64,000 nt of DNA, from positions 51,028,001 through 51,092,000 of the forward strand of contig NC_086097.1 in assembly GCF_963921235.1 (NCBI RefSeq), read 5' to 3'. This DNA comes from Mobula hypostoma (Eukaryota). The stretch's first letter is position 1. Each line of letters begins with the position of its first letter. This document shows, in pieces, positions 49,601 to 62,200 of the stretch. Made by a program: the position numbers and the translations under genes. The notes below the pieces were generated by a model. The model saw only the letters and a program-made list of their open reading frames with translations. It searched no databases and had not been told where the DNA came from.

Positions 49601-50096
49601 TGTCCATGACTGAATGCTGCCGACTGGCTCACTCTCACCTGCAGGAGTACGTGCCGAGGGACGCACTCAAGCTTGGTGCAGCCACCGCCAAGGCCCGGTG
49701 GGGAAGGACCACAGTTCAGGGTTCATCACCCGTGGGAGTGGGAGGGTTCGGGTGGGGAGAAAAACCCTCATCAGCGGTGTGGACAGATGAATCAACATGG
49801 TGCCCAAGGAGAAGGTGGAATTGTTAACTTGGAAAAGGAATTAGAGCCAACGCCTGCCTTTATTGTTGATAATTTTGTTGTAAATAAGTCTTAACTCTCG
49901 ACCAAGGGTTGAGAGTAAATGAACGATTTATTGTAAACATCTTTCATTTGTATATGAACAGAGTCAACGCATAATTTTATGGTAAATAACTTTATTTATT
50001 GAATAAGGACTCAGGGTCAATGAATGTTTTTTTTTATATGTATATAACTTTATTTTGTAATACTTCTGAATAAAGTATTTTTGGAGGAAAAAAAAA
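46695..50096 (+). mobile_element. Young 5'-truncated Tx1-like (L1-clade) LINE
   Basis: 13-bp TSD TCATCTTATTTCA (46682-46694 / 50097-50109); AATAAA at 50069 and A9 tail; GC-rich compared with the host. Confidence 0.92.
46822..49827 (+). CDS. Tx1-like ORF2 (C-terminal part of APE endonuclease, RT, CCHC zinc knuckle), 1001 aa open frame
   Basis: SRIDF..FSDH (EN); KTPGDDGL, WRPISLL, LDQEKAF, GVRQGCSLSP and YMDD (RT); CPREDC..ESVTHLFAHC. Confidence 0.9.
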   Translation: MKTAKLCDAFGTPTGGAQPQATWTRLDGSARSRIDFLFLSEPLTVRSTDVTPVFFSDHCLLRATCLLREDQKAGRGTWKLNVKLLTPENIEELEKEYTGWRTLKAFFDSPVHWWEATKENIKRFFIRKGIQKARQEQGELRKLQTELQQLLLLQSKGVDVREELRQVKGRQAQHLAAESSKIIFRSRVQTVEQDETCSRFFFQKVHRGSSVIHNLKEEDGSVASSQTDVLRICKSFYAGPYDEKATESTASRNFLSSITQVLDGGKRESLDQPLTLDELTGSIRSFGSGKTPGDDGLPAELYSALWNWMGPDLLEVYNAMLLADSMSESMRKGIITLIYKQKGEREDIRNWRPISLLTVDYKILSKAIANRVKSALGQVIHPDQTCAVLGRKISDSLALLRDTIAYVQDRGVNACLVSLDQEKAFNRILHTYMVDVLSKMGFREGIRNWIRLLYTDIRSAVQVNGWETDSFPIRSGVRQGCSLSPVLFVCCIEPFAEAIRRDEGIRGVTLPGSGGTQVKTSLYMDDVTVFCSDTRSVRRLIGICEQSELASRARVNRTKSEAMLFGNWHDRPSVPFTIRSDHEKVLGIWFGGAEACRKNWQEWTAKVKQKLGLWGGRSLSITGKNLVIRCEMLSGLLYLAQVCPVPCSCSSEITRAVFRFVWGSKMKRVRWTVMHKALDNGGKNVPNVALTLMASFVCGCIRLCIDPRYVGTKYHYVPRFYLSPWLRRMDLAPFPCNTPVSWSLPPYLSFVEKFSKTNAFDHKAIRQWSARTVLQALQEKDEVDTVGWFPEQTVQFIWQIASSPDLTNRHKDLAWLAVRGALPVRSLLYARNVVSVPHCPREDCSEEESVTHLFAHCGFAKKVWRRLEGTVLRFMPSSCVTEDSMIYGLFPEMHTETNIRCCWQINNSVKDALWSARNLVVCQHMEMSMTECCRLAHSHLQEYVPRDALKLGAATAKARWGRTTVQGSSPVGVGGFGWGEKPSSAVWTDESTWCPRRRWNC

Positions 50097-50541
50097 TCAT
50101 CTTATTTCATCATTTCGTTTTAGAGTTTTATTTTCTATTGTAAGGTAAAATCATTGTGCTGGCAGTTTCACCAATCGCTGCCAGTTTTGTTTGGGGTATC
50201 TTCTGTTTATCTTTACAGTCTAGTGTTGGAGAGTGAAGACCTTACTGAAATATGGGAACCTGGAGGATTGAGTAAAGTTGGTATCGTTTGGCGGTTTCAT
50301 AAAGGATCGACCTTCTTGAATCTTCATTCAGAAATAGTAACTTGCATCTAAGATAACCCCTGTAAGATCAGGAAGGTTTTTTGCAGTGTTCATTCACCAG
50401 GAGAAGGTCAGTTCCTTTAAGCCGTTTTATTTCCTTCGTCCTGAATCCTTTGGACAGAATTAGCAGTAACGTCACGTCTTCGAAGAAATCCGTTTCCAGA
50501 GAAGTCTCTCCTTATTGACTGTGTAAATCACTTGGACTTTT

Positions 50542-50612
50542 GAATTTACCACTTTAAGCGCTGTGTTCGAATTTACCACTTTAAGAACTGTGGTGGAATT
50601 TACCACTTTAAG
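50542..50612. repeat. 3 x 27-bp tandem repeat inside the LTR
   Basis: GAATTTACCACTTTAAG at 50542, 50569 and 50596, with related 10-nt linkers. Confidence 0.9.
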
Positions 50613-50851
50613 AATTGTTCCAGAGTTGCCGTATAGCAGTTAACTTCCGGTTAAGTTAGTTGTTTGAATTCTTTTCGCTATTGTTGAGCAGAGTTTAATA
50701 AATGTTTATGTTTGTTTTTTAAAACCTGACTCAATTCTGTATTCATTGTTGCTGGTCACTTGACACTATTTCTGGAGCTAGGACTTGATAATCTATTTTA
50801 GAGAGCAGTTAAGTACCAGCAACATAATTTATTATGGAGAATGAAGGTCCA

Positions 50852-51244
50852 TACTTTATAATTTATTGTCGTCAAACAATTGGTACTAGAATGTACAATC
50901 ATCACAGCGATATTTGATTCTGTGCTTCACACTCCCTGGATTACAAATATTAAATATTAAAAATATTAAACATAGTTAAAATTAGTAAATATTAAATTTT
51001 TAAATTATAAATCGTAATTAGAAAATAGAAAAGGAAAAGTAAGGTAGTGCAAAAAAACCGAGAGGCAGGTCCGGATATTTGGAGGGTACAGCCCAGATCC
51101 TGGTCAGGATCCGTTCAGCAGTCTTATCACAGTTGGAAAGAAGCTGTTCCCAAATCTGGCCGTACGAGTCTTCAAGCTCCTGAACCTTCTCCCGGAGGGA
51201 AGAGGGACGAAAAGTGTGTTGGCTGGGTGGGTCGTGTCCTTGAT
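50852..51244 (-). mobile_element. Young Rex-like LINE 3' end
   Basis: Encodes the end of the ORF (THPANTLFVPLPSGRRFRSLKTRTARFGNSFFPTVIRLLN) plus a 3' UTR almost identical to 7355-7589. Confidence 0.85.
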
Positions 51245-51464
51245 ACATATTATTTGCTCAAAGAAAAGTCATCTCTGGGATGAATTCATTACTTCTTCAC
51301 TGCACTGCTCACTAAGCCCAGATATTCATTATAAGACAAGGAGGCTAAAACGATACGTACAACCCTGTGTTGTAGCAAATGTCCTTTTGAGAGTCATACC
51401 GCTTGGATATAAACCCTTTAGCCCACCAAATCTATATCCATCATCAATATCCCAGGATTCTCCA

Positions 51465-51665
51465 ACAAACCCACTCAGGGCAATTTACAATGGCCAATTC
51501 ACCTACCGACAGGCGTACCTCTGAGATTTGGGAGAAAATTGGAGCACCCAGAGAAACCGTGTGGTGAGAGGGAGGATATGCTTAGTCCATAGAGACAGCA
51601 CTAGAAGTCAGTGTTGAATCTGGGTTGCTGGAGCTCTGAGCTAGCAGCTTGACTAGTGCCACAAT
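51465..51665 (-). mobile_element. Degenerate V-domain SINE
   Basis: Reverse complement of GGTTTCTCTGGGTGCTCCAATTTTCTCCC; similar to 21162-21445. Confidence 0.6.
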
Positions 51666-53909
51666 TGGGAAGGATAAGTAAAGGCTAGCAAACAATTTGC
51701 TTTCCTTATCATTAGCTACACCTGCTCGCTAACTTCATGCGATATATGTAAAATATCCACTTGGATCTCTCTAAACAGTAACCTCTAACAGTTCCTTACA
51801 ATTTTAGAAAATTCTTTCACTTAACTGAGGAACGTTGTGTTTGCTGATTTTTGTACATATTTGCGCAGTAGTCTACATTCCTCTGCAGCTTCTTAGCATT
51901 CCTCTTGCAGATTACTTGCATGCCCAGATTTATATAAATAGCAGATATGGATAAATTAGTTTCCCACATTTAACTCATTATTGTCAACTGGAAATAGCTA
52001 ATTCTCATGGCATCCTAAAATTTGCAGCTAGACCTTCTGAAATTCAGCAGTTTATTCCAGCTGTATTTGTTAGCCATTCCTTTGTCTAAGTATAGTATCA
52101 ACTTGTCCCATGAGTCCTGATCTTGACCAAATCTACTGTAATTGTTCCTTTTGAAAGCAGCAATACAGTGATTTTTAGCTCATAGATAAATTTGGATGGT
52201 TGCCTCATTGCTTACTAATTAAATAAGTGTTTGTTACAATGAACAGGTAAAGCAGAATTATTTAAGATTCAAAATAGTTGACTGCCATTCTTCAGTACAC
52301 AAGTGTAAAGGAAAATGAAGTGATTGTTACTCTGGATTTGCATAAAAATTATGCGATATTTTATTATTAATACAGAACCTTCATAATTCCATACATGATT
52401 TGTACTTTTCATAATATTGTGAATGATTTAAATTTTTTATTTTGTAGAAACTTTGTTTTGACTTTGATACATACCAGCTCATACTTTCATGAAGCTCTGT
52501 TTTGCCGTTCAACAGAAGATAATCTGAAGTCAGAAGTCAGTGATGAGTTGCAGAAGAATAACTAAAAATCATGTGAACTTTTAGTTCAATTGATCCCACT
52601 TCTTTGTTGAACCCAGAAAGGGGTTCAGACCAGTTTAATCTTAGTTTGTATGAGAAGAAGATAACATTACTAAAACATAAACTTCTGCTATTTTGACAAT
52701 TAGTAATCTAACACGACAGTTTTCAATGTTGAGTATTTTGTTTCTTGTGAACTAAAGCCATGTTTTGGGTGAAGAACTTTTGGATGTTTCAGTAATGAAT
52801 TTCAAGAGTAACGGCAATGCAATAATGTCAGAACAATGCGATAATGTCAGAACAATGGAAGTAAGTGTGTCTGAAGAAATGATTGGTGCTGCCAAATAGT
52901 CAGTCAGCAGGAGGCCATGAATTAAGATTAAAAATGTTCTCGCAAAGCGAATGTGTAGAACAAGTTGCAAAGAAGCAGCATAAATAGGTTCATTTCTGCC
53001 TGTCCAGTGAAAAGCCTATTTCCTCGGCTTTTGTTATTTCAGTTTTGTGTGCTTGAATTAAATGGTCTTTGTTAAAAAATCAAAATTTGTTAAGATCTCA
53101 CAAACAGTAACACAGCTGAACCCAGTGTGCAAGTCAAAACACCAGTCATAAAATGATCCTAAATTTCTTAAGCAATGAAGTTGGTGCATAACAAGTTTCA
53201 ATTTGCAGAAATAGGATAGAAAAATTAACCCCTAAATTTTGGACTATATTTGAATAGGCATCTAATCCAGATACTGCACATGGGCTTAACGATGGCAGAG
53301 CACAAGCAATTGGTCAAACTACCTGCCTTACTGGGTAACACTGATGAGCTGTAGGCACCATTGCAGCCTTGTGCCTTGTATTGGGGAGGAGGCCCACAAT
53401 ATGGTACCTATGGAAGAATCCTAGCTAATGTGACAAATGGTATACTTCAACACAGAAGGTGCTGCTCAACAGGTTGGAACATGCCTCATAAATTTGTTGG
53501 AAAACTGGAAATCATAGGGCGTTTCTGATCGAATATCATATGTGTAAAAGTATACAACAACTCAAAACTGTAATTTTTGATTATATTAATTACTCTTAAA
53601 TAGAAATAATGTGTAAAGATTTGTGCGATTACAACTTTTGCCATGCATGCTTCTGCCAATAGAAAAGAACAACTTACATATTAAATACAGTATCTTATAA
53701 CCTGTTTTTTTGTTTGAGATTTTTAATGTAATACGTTTTTAAGTAATGAGGAATTTGGTCCCTCATTTGTAATGTGAGGGCTTGCTGAAATTATTTTTCA
53801 GATTTGATGGTGAGCACTCTACAGTACATTGCTCTTGTAAATTGCATGTGAGCATTAAATGGATGAATCTGCATTGTACTTTATTAATGTTTGGAAACTT
53901 TGATTGCAG

Positions 53910-54154
53910 GAGGATTTTCAGAGGAAAGCTTCAGCTGGACTCCAGAAAATGACACCGTCCAGCAGGCTCGACCAGTTCAGATCCTCGTTGTTAATGATGA
54001 TCATACGTTTGAACTGGATGAAGCGGCTCTGAACAAGATTCTTCTCTCGGAAAAGGTTAGGGATCGAGAAGTGGTAGCCTTGTCCGTCGCTGGTGCCTTC
54101 AGAAAAGGAAAATCATTTCTCATGGACTTCATGCTGAGATATATGTATAGTCAG
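53910..54154 (+). CDS. ATL1: ATL1 second coding exon, GTPase domain with P-loop (GFSEES...[24 protein letters not shown])
   Basis: Acceptor ttgcag| at 53909 and donor CAG|GTAAAG at 54155. GAFRKGKS is the atlastin Walker A motif; G+GA rebuilds the WGGFSE junction. Confidence 0.95.
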
Positions 54155-57100
54155 GTAAAGTAAGAATTAAACAACCATGCTATTCTGTTGCCATTTACAG
54201 TGGGGAAAGCTGCTGCTTTCGAGATTGAATGCTTGACTCTCTATATCTATTTTTCCAAGTTCTTTATTGGGACAGCAGAGTGTAGATTCACTAATTCATT
54301 CTCATCTCTTGGAGAATGAGGTAAGATTTCTTCTGTGAAACTGAAGTGCGTGCCAAACGTGTTCATACACCATAATTCATTTCCCACAAGAAGTAACCGA
54401 AGGTTTAGCTGAAGAATAATGACAGAAATAGGAAATTTAATGAAACTTAAAAAAAAACTGGAGGAAACCCGGAAATACAAAGCTTGTATTTTTGAATGCA
54501 GAACAAAAAAAAAATGTCACTGAAATGCTCCTTAATTTTTATGCATCAAGACCCAAGAATTTTAACTATGAAAAAAATGCAAACCATTTTACCAACAAAT
54601 TCCTGAGTCCAATGTGTGTCTGAAGCAGAAGACTTTCATCTCACATATATGTACTTTAAATAGGTCAGTGACATAATGCTGCTCAAATTCCTTTCCCTTC
54701 ACATAATGATTTTTAAAAATGTTACAGTTTGTGATCATCTTGGCCAAGAAGGAGCACTGTTCTGGTTTGAATTATCCATAAAGCTCATACTCTGTTACCT
54801 GGAAGCAGTGACTTGTCATGGTATGCTTTTATGGTATGCTTTTACAGTCAATGGCAGCTGTCTCGAATCTTGCCCAAGTCTCCTCCTCCATGTCAGAATT
54901 TCCACAATGAGTATCAACATGTTATTTTGCTGTAGGAAGCACCACAGACATGGCTAACATCTGTAATGCACTTCCATTAGGATCACTGGTTTGGAGTTAG
55001 AACGAGTTATTTTGCCTGATCGTATTTTCCCATGTCAGTTTCACAGCACCCAAATTGTAGTTGTAGTCTGCACTGAACAAAAAAATGGGATCTTGTAACT
55101 TCCTGCCACATCATTAGGTGCCACAATTCTTTTGCTGCATCAGCTATTTTAAAATGCGTTATCTCTTGATAGAATTATACAGAAAAATTGCTCATTTAGA
55201 GCAAGTAGAGTGAGTGGGCTCATATGACAAGTTAATGGGGGCCAGAAGAGATAGAATGCAACCAACAGGTATTCTTGATGTTTTACTCTTTGAACGGATA
55301 TATTTATTTCTGCATTCCAATGGCATTATCATCATTTAGCTTTGGAGTGCAATTCCACGGCAAGTAAAACTTGGAAGTGTTACACTGGGAAAAGATAGCA
55401 ACTGTTGCATGTAGATAAACTTCGACCAGTCCACAATAGATTCTGGTTGTTTTTCATATAGGCAGCCATAGTGTAGGCTGTAATTACAGAGGAAGAAAAA
55501 AATGTTGCCAAAATTATATATTTTTTTATTCACTTCAATTTAGAAGTGGGTGTAAGTTGAGCAGGAGCTTCTCATTGTCCAGGACATGATTTTCTGAAGT
55601 TGTAACTGTCTGGATTTTAGACATTTTGTACACAAGATATCTGAATATATACAAGATAAAGCCAGTGATGAGAAAATAAAAACCAAAGATTTGGATCCCA
55701 TTTAAAATATGTGAGTTCTTTCACTGAGAAGTTATAACTTTGTTCTTGGGAACCAACCTAATGTTTTTACTTCTATTATTCAGCCAGTAAGTTAATCTAG
55801 ATCCTCAATAAATGTTTTGTTTTTATTAATTTATGCTTATGCATGTCTTCTGGTCTCATTTAAAAAAATTTTCTTTAAAGTAAAACCCTAAATTTACTCT
55901 GATAAACTGCAAAGTAATTTTTTTCAATCTATGAATCTTGAGCTTCTTTCACCAATGCTGATAACTCAGCAGTCATGATCAGGGTTACCGCCTGCTACAT
56001 GCTCTATTTTTTTGTTTTTGTCTTAGATGACCATTGCAAAGTCTTAGCATTGCTTGTGTAGACTTGCATTTTCCTATTTTTGGCTCTGTGGTAGAGTATT
56101 ATGTTAAATTCTTTTCACTGGAATTAACTCAACAAATTGGCCAATAAACTTTGCCTTTCCACAGCTCCTTCTAGTTCTCTTGACTCAATTTGTTTGTATG
56201 CTTGTTACCCATGTTTCAATTTTACTTGCTGCAGAGTTGCAGAATCTCATAGCCCAGAAGGATAAAAGCATTGTGTTCATCACATGCCAATTCTCTGAAA
56301 AAAAAATTTCTGTACTCTTTTTCTTAGCTTTTCCTTTTTTCAAAGTTTTCCTTTTCCATATTTCCCTTTTTTAAAAGCTCCACTGGACTTCTTTTTCACT
56401 GCTGTTTCTTATAAAGTTCTCCTTAACTATGCTCAGTATGTGTAAACAAAAAAAACCTAATTTTTAAACCTCTCTCCATTGTTTTGGTGTAAATCTTAAT
56501 TAGTGCTTTTTGGTTATTGAGTCATGATTAGTGATAATACTTATCAGTTTACCCTATCAAAATCACTAATTGGGAACATCTTTGTCTAATGTCTGAAATT
56601 TCTGGTTTTAATAAAAATGCACCAATTCCTTTTGTCTTGACTCATAGTTGAAAACTCCCTTCCTTGTGAATTTCCTTTGGAATTGTTCTGTAGGTTTGAG
56701 TGTAAATTGTCTAAATTTGATTAAAACTATCATCGATTGGATTGGGGATAACTGTTAAGTGAACAATGTACCTTTGTTACCTTCACTGGTCGGTGACAAC
56801 TGCGTTTTATTCCTGGGGTCCTTCCTGTTCAACCGCTCCCTGCTTCAATTTGCAAATGAAGTTTCATTTGGAGAATACCATTGCTGATGACTATCTGTGG
56901 CCGTTGTGATAATATTCAGTTGCCTTGTGAAACCATTCTGCAGCCCACCTGATACTAAATGAGTACTTTAGAGTCATTGATTGTGATGTATATCTAGTGA
57001 ACACTGCAATCTGCAGAGTCCCAACTAGTGTTAACTGATAATATCATTAATATTTTTATAGCTATTCAAATGGAACTCCACAGTTCCCCTTGCTTAATTT

Positions 57101-58069
57101 GCTTCCTGTAAGTGATGGCAGTGGGTGGGGTGGTAAGAGTGGAGAGCAGTCCCTAGACTCTTGGGTAAACTCTCTGTAGTTTTGTTGTCACAGGTTGCAT
57201 CGTACATTAAATCCTTGTTGGAAATCATCTAACTTGTGTTTCATTTTTAGGTCATAGTGATTGGTTTTATACTCGTTGTACTATTTCCAAAAATATCAAA
57301 AGTACATTGGGGATATAACTCCCAATTAACCTTGTATTCACTATATGCTATACTAAGAAAATCTGGTCTCAGGATGGGAGAATCCAGGTAGAAATACAGT
57401 TATTTTTTATTCTGTTTTGAATTAGAATTGTTCAATTCCAGTGTACAGGATCATCTTTTAAAATTATGCATTAAAATAGAAGAAATAAGAGTAGGTCTCA
57501 TCCACTAAGTCCCTTTAGCCTGCTCCACCACACAATAAAATCATAGCTGATCTGATTTTGGCCTCGCCTCTCTTCCCTATCTCCTGCCAATAATCCTTTA
57601 TTTTCCAGTTATGTAGGTTATGATTACATTAGAAAGGAAACCATTTGCCAAAACTATTCCTGCCCCTCCCCCACACACACACATTAAATTAGAAGAGGGT
57701 GTAACTTGAACAAAGTTATAAATAGCCTAAAAATCAGTCTCCCTTAGACTTGAACCTATTTAGTAAACCGACCCACAGCTCTTTGGACTAGGAAATTCCA
57801 AGGGTTTACAATTCTGAGAGGAGAACTTGCCTCTCATCTCCATTCTAAATGGGCAACCTTCTTACTTTGAAACTACAGCCCCAATTCTACAATGCTCCAT
57901 ATAGGGATCATCTTCTGAACTCCCACTCTGTCAAACCTCAGGCTTCTATGTTTCACACCTTTCATTTTTAACATCTGTACGTCTAAGCTGTTTCATTTGT
58001 TCTTCAACCAAAGAATTACTCTAGTTTTCCTTCTTGGAGCTGCTTCTAAAACAAGTATGTCCTTCCCTT

Positions 58070-58196
58070 GCAACACACAGAAAATGCTGGAGGAACTCAG
58101 CAGGCCAGGCAGCATCTATGGAATAAAGTACAGTCAATTTTTTTCCATAGATGCTGCCTGGCCTGCTGAGTTCCAACAGCATTTTGTGTGTGTTGC
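58070..58196. repeat. Inverted pair of Penelope-type repeat tails (54-bp arms, 3 mismatches, 19-nt spacer)
   Basis: 58070-58123 is the reverse complement of 58143-58196. Confidence 0.92.
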
Positions 58197-59264
58197 TTGG
58201 ATTTCTAGTATCTTTCCTTGGGTGGTTCCTTAAGGATTCAGCATGAATTATTTCTACTTTCCACATAGTCCTTTATAGGATCTGTGGGCTGTCACAGATA
58301 GAGAAGGTGCTGCTAGATAACTAGGTTGACTGAATAATTGTAGGCTCTTACTGTTTATGCTTGACATCTACACAATCCTATTGGAGAGAGATTCAAAGTG
58401 GTCAGTCTTCTTGCACGCTCTTCTTCCTGTTTGAGGTGTTCCATTTTCTTTCCAAGGACGTTTTGGGAACATTCATGAACTCTTATTTTTTTCTTCTCTG
58501 TCTCCAGAAATCATTTTGGTGCAACAAATCTCAGTTTAGGTTGCTTTCTTCAGTTGTGTGGCCTGTTCACTGAAGATGGTTGCACATGATCAGAACTTTG
58601 GGGTGGGGGTTTTTGACATCAGCGAGGAAGCTGGTTTTGTAGATGCTGTATTGCTGTATTGGCTCCAGTTCCCCAATCCATTGCTTGCAATAAGTCGTCC
58701 ATGTGTCTAAATCAAGCAGGGATGCCAGCTGCTGACTAGTCCAAGAGCAAGGGCGTGGTCTGAGTTTGAAGTCTTGGTCATCAACAGTTCTCTTTTGCAG
58801 ATGGCTAAAGGCCATTTTGGCAGATTGGTAATGGTGTATCCATTATCCAGATAGGATGTGATCCATCAATGATCCTGATTGTTGGGAGATTATGCTATGT
58901 GGTGCACTGGACAAGTATGGTATCTTTGTTTACAAGATGTTTAAAACAAGGCCCCCTCTCTCACAAACTTGAGAAATTGACAATGGTTGGAGCCTGGTCT
59001 CAATGAGTGTGCAGGCCATAGCCACCTGCATATTAGAAGCCGATGAATGAAGATGGGCGATCTTGATTCAAGAACTAACATGGTAAAGGCCGAAGGATTT
59101 CTTGCTCATCTTATAGATTAACTCTGCCTCATCAAGGAGCTTGTTAGAGGCAAGCTGAGACATTTCAGAGAATAAGTGAGAGATTCTTTATGACAACACC
59201 GTTTTGCTGAGGAGGTCTATATACAGAATGAGGCTGTGGTGGATCCATTGGTTAGCATCATGGC

Positions 59265-62200
59265 CCATAATAATAAAAGTATAATTTACAATAAGTATTT
59301 AAGAAAGAAGACTAATTAGATAAGTAATGCAAAAAAGAGGGGAAAATATGAAGGAAGTGTTCATGGATTCATTGTCTATTCAGAAATCTGATGGCGGAGA
59401 GGAAGAAGCTGTTCCTGAAATGTTGAGTGTGTATCTTCAGACTCCTGTACCTCCTCCTTGATGGTAGCAATGAGAAGAGGGTACGTACTAGGTGATGGGC
59501 AGTCCTTAATGAAGGATTTTTCCTTTTTAGGACATCGTCTTTTGAAGATATCCTCTCTGGGAAGGGTAGTACCCATGATGGAGCTGGCTGAGTTTGCAAC
59601 TTTCTGCAACTTTTTCTGATCTTCTGCAAGGGCCCCAATATACTAGGTGGTGACGAAACCAGTTAGAGTGCTCTCCGCAGTACATCTGTAGAGGTTTGTG
59701 AGTGTCTTTGACTACCGAGATCCTACAAACTCTTAATGAAATATAGCCACTGTTGTGCCTTTGTAATTTCATCAGTATGTTGGGCCCAGGATAGATCCTC
59801 AGAGATGTTGACACTCAGGAACTTGAAACTGCTCACCCTTTCCACTGCTGATCCCTCGATGAGGACTGGTACGTGTTCCCTTGACTTCCCCCTTCTGAAG
59901 CCCACAATTGATTCCTTGGTCTTACTGATACTGAGTGCACGGTTGTTGCTGTGATACCACTCAACCAGCTGATCTATCCTGTACGCCTCCTTGTCACCGT
60001 CTGAAATTCTGCCAACAAACATTGTGCTATCACCGAATTTATAGGTGCTGTGCGAGCTGTGCTTAGCCGCACAGTCATGATGGTAGAGAGTAGAGCAGTG
60101 GGCTAAGCACACATCTTTGAGGTATACCAGTGTTGATTGTCAGCGAAAGGGGAGATGTTATTTCTGGTCCGCACAGATTGTGGTCTTCCGGAGAGGAAGT
60201 CAAGGATCTAGTTACAGAAGGAGGTACACAAGCCCTGACCAGGTTTTGTTGATTAGAGCTGAGGGTATGATTGTGCAGCTATTACTATTGTGCAGGCCGA
60301 GTGGAGAGCCAGTGAGATTGCATCTGCTGTAGACCTGTTGTGGTGATAGGCAAATTGTAGTGAGTCCAGGTGTTTGCTTAGGCAGGAGTTGATTCTAGTC
60401 ATGACCAACCTCTCAAAGTACTTAGTCACAGTAGAAGTGAGTGCAAATAGGCAATAGCCATTGAGGCAGGTCCCCCTGCTCTTCTTAGGCATTGGTATGA
60501 TCTTCACCCCTGTAGCAGTGGGAAATTGAAAATGTCCTGACAGTCCTGTCAATTGGTTGGTGGGGGTTTTCAGAACCCTACTAGGTACACCATCAGGACC
60601 TGATGCCTTGCACCCTCTTGAAGGATGTTCTGACGTCAGCCTCCGAGACAGAGGTCACAGGGTCACTGGATGCTGCAGGAATTCTCACAAGTGTAATTTT
60701 ATTCTCCCTTTCAAAGCATGCATAAAAGGCATTGACCTCATCTGGGAGTGAAGCATTCATGATGTTAGGTTTCGGTTTATAGGAAGTTTTGGCCTACAAG
60801 TCCTGCCAGAGCTGATATGTATCCGATTCCATCTCCAACCTCAATTGGAATTGTTTTTTCATTCTAAAAATAGCCTTTCATAGGTCATACCTGGACTTCT
60901 TCTGCAGTCTGGATCAACATTTTTGAATGCCACAGATCTAGCCCTCAGTAGACTACGAATCTCCTGGTTTATCCACGGCTTTTGGTTTTGGTATGTCCAT
61001 TATGTTCTTGAAGGCACACACTCATCCACACAGGTCTTGATAAGGTTGGTGACAATTGTAACATAGTCATTCAGACTCAAAGATGAATCCCTGAATATTA
61101 TCCAGTCCACCAGCTCAAAGCAGTCCTGTAATCATTCCTCTTCCTCCCTTGATCATACCTTCTTGGTCCTCACCACTAGTGCTGTGGTCTTTATTCTCTG
61201 CCTATATACTGGGAGTAGAAGTACAGCCAGATGATCAGACTTTCCAAAGTGTGGGCATAGGATGGCACGGTAAGCATTCTTGATGGTGGTATAACAGTGA
61301 CCAAGTGGGTTGGCTCTTCAGGTTCCACAAGTGATATGTGGGTGGTAGTTGTTCAGAGACTTCTTCAAGCTGGACTGGTTGAAATCACCTGCAATGATAG
61401 GGAAGGCGTCAGAGTGCACAATGCATTGCTCAGCTCCTCCAGTGCCTGCCTGACATTGGTCTGAAATGGAATATACCCCCCCACCAGGAAGATGGCGGAA
61501 AACTCCCTCAGCAGATAAAGTGGATGACATTTGATCGCTAGAATCTGGTCAAGATGGCACCAGCGAACAATGATTCTTCGGGCAACATCTTCCAGATAGT
61601 GAACAATTTCAGTTTTTCTACATCTTCTCCTTATCCTTTTTATCTTAATTTTGTTCTTGAAACTGTTGGAGCCTGTGATTTACAGTCTGTAGTTCAACTG
61701 AGTGAGCTGGCGCACTGCTGTCCTCGAGAAAACTCCAAGAAAATCGCATGAGCACAAGCTGCCATGAGGAGAATCTCAGAGACAAGATGAAGGGCCATGA
61801 TCGACTCCATTTCTTGCCATTAAAATGTCGGGGAAGATTGAAACATCGAAACAAATACAGAGGAGAGCTAATAGTTCTGAATGGGACTGCTGTCATTGCC
61901 CTTGGAGGGGCTGCTGGTCCCGATGCTCTTGGAGATGTTATCGAAATTCTGAGATTCATGGATTGGACTGTAGTTCAACCTATTGGCCTTTTTCGGTTCT
62001 GTGTATTTTTTCATGTTCTCGCGCATTCTTTCTTGTTGCCGACTGGTGGGTTGGGGTTTGATGTTGCTTTTGTTTCTTCATTTGGGTGATCTGTTAGTTT
62101 TTGTGTGAGGGAGAGGTTGGGGGGGTTTGGGGGTTTATGAGTTTTTGTTTCTTTTTCTTTTCATGCGGGAAGATTACAGCTAGAGGGCACAGGAAGGATT

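Larger units (their letters stand above)
46487..50765 (+). mobile_element. Solo LTR (about 860 bp; parts 46487-46694 and 50110-50765), probably Gypsy or ERV type, split by a Tx1-like LINE
   Basis: TGTTA...TGACA termini; 4-bp TSD CTAT (46483-46486 / 50766-50769); TATATAAA at 46609; AATAAA at 50697. Confidence 0.8.

Noticed and set aside
50542..50612. Three identical 17-nt repeats with 10-nt spacers (CRISPR-like look)
   Set aside because: The spacers are too short and resemble each other, there are no cas genes, and the context is a eukaryotic LTR; it is an ordinary 27-bp tandem repeat.
57251..57387. AG...GT-bounded open segment in ATL1 intron 2 as a candidate exon 3
   Set aside because: The translation bears no resemblance to the atlastin GFSWRGG..RETTG region; exon 3 was not found and probably lies beyond the window.
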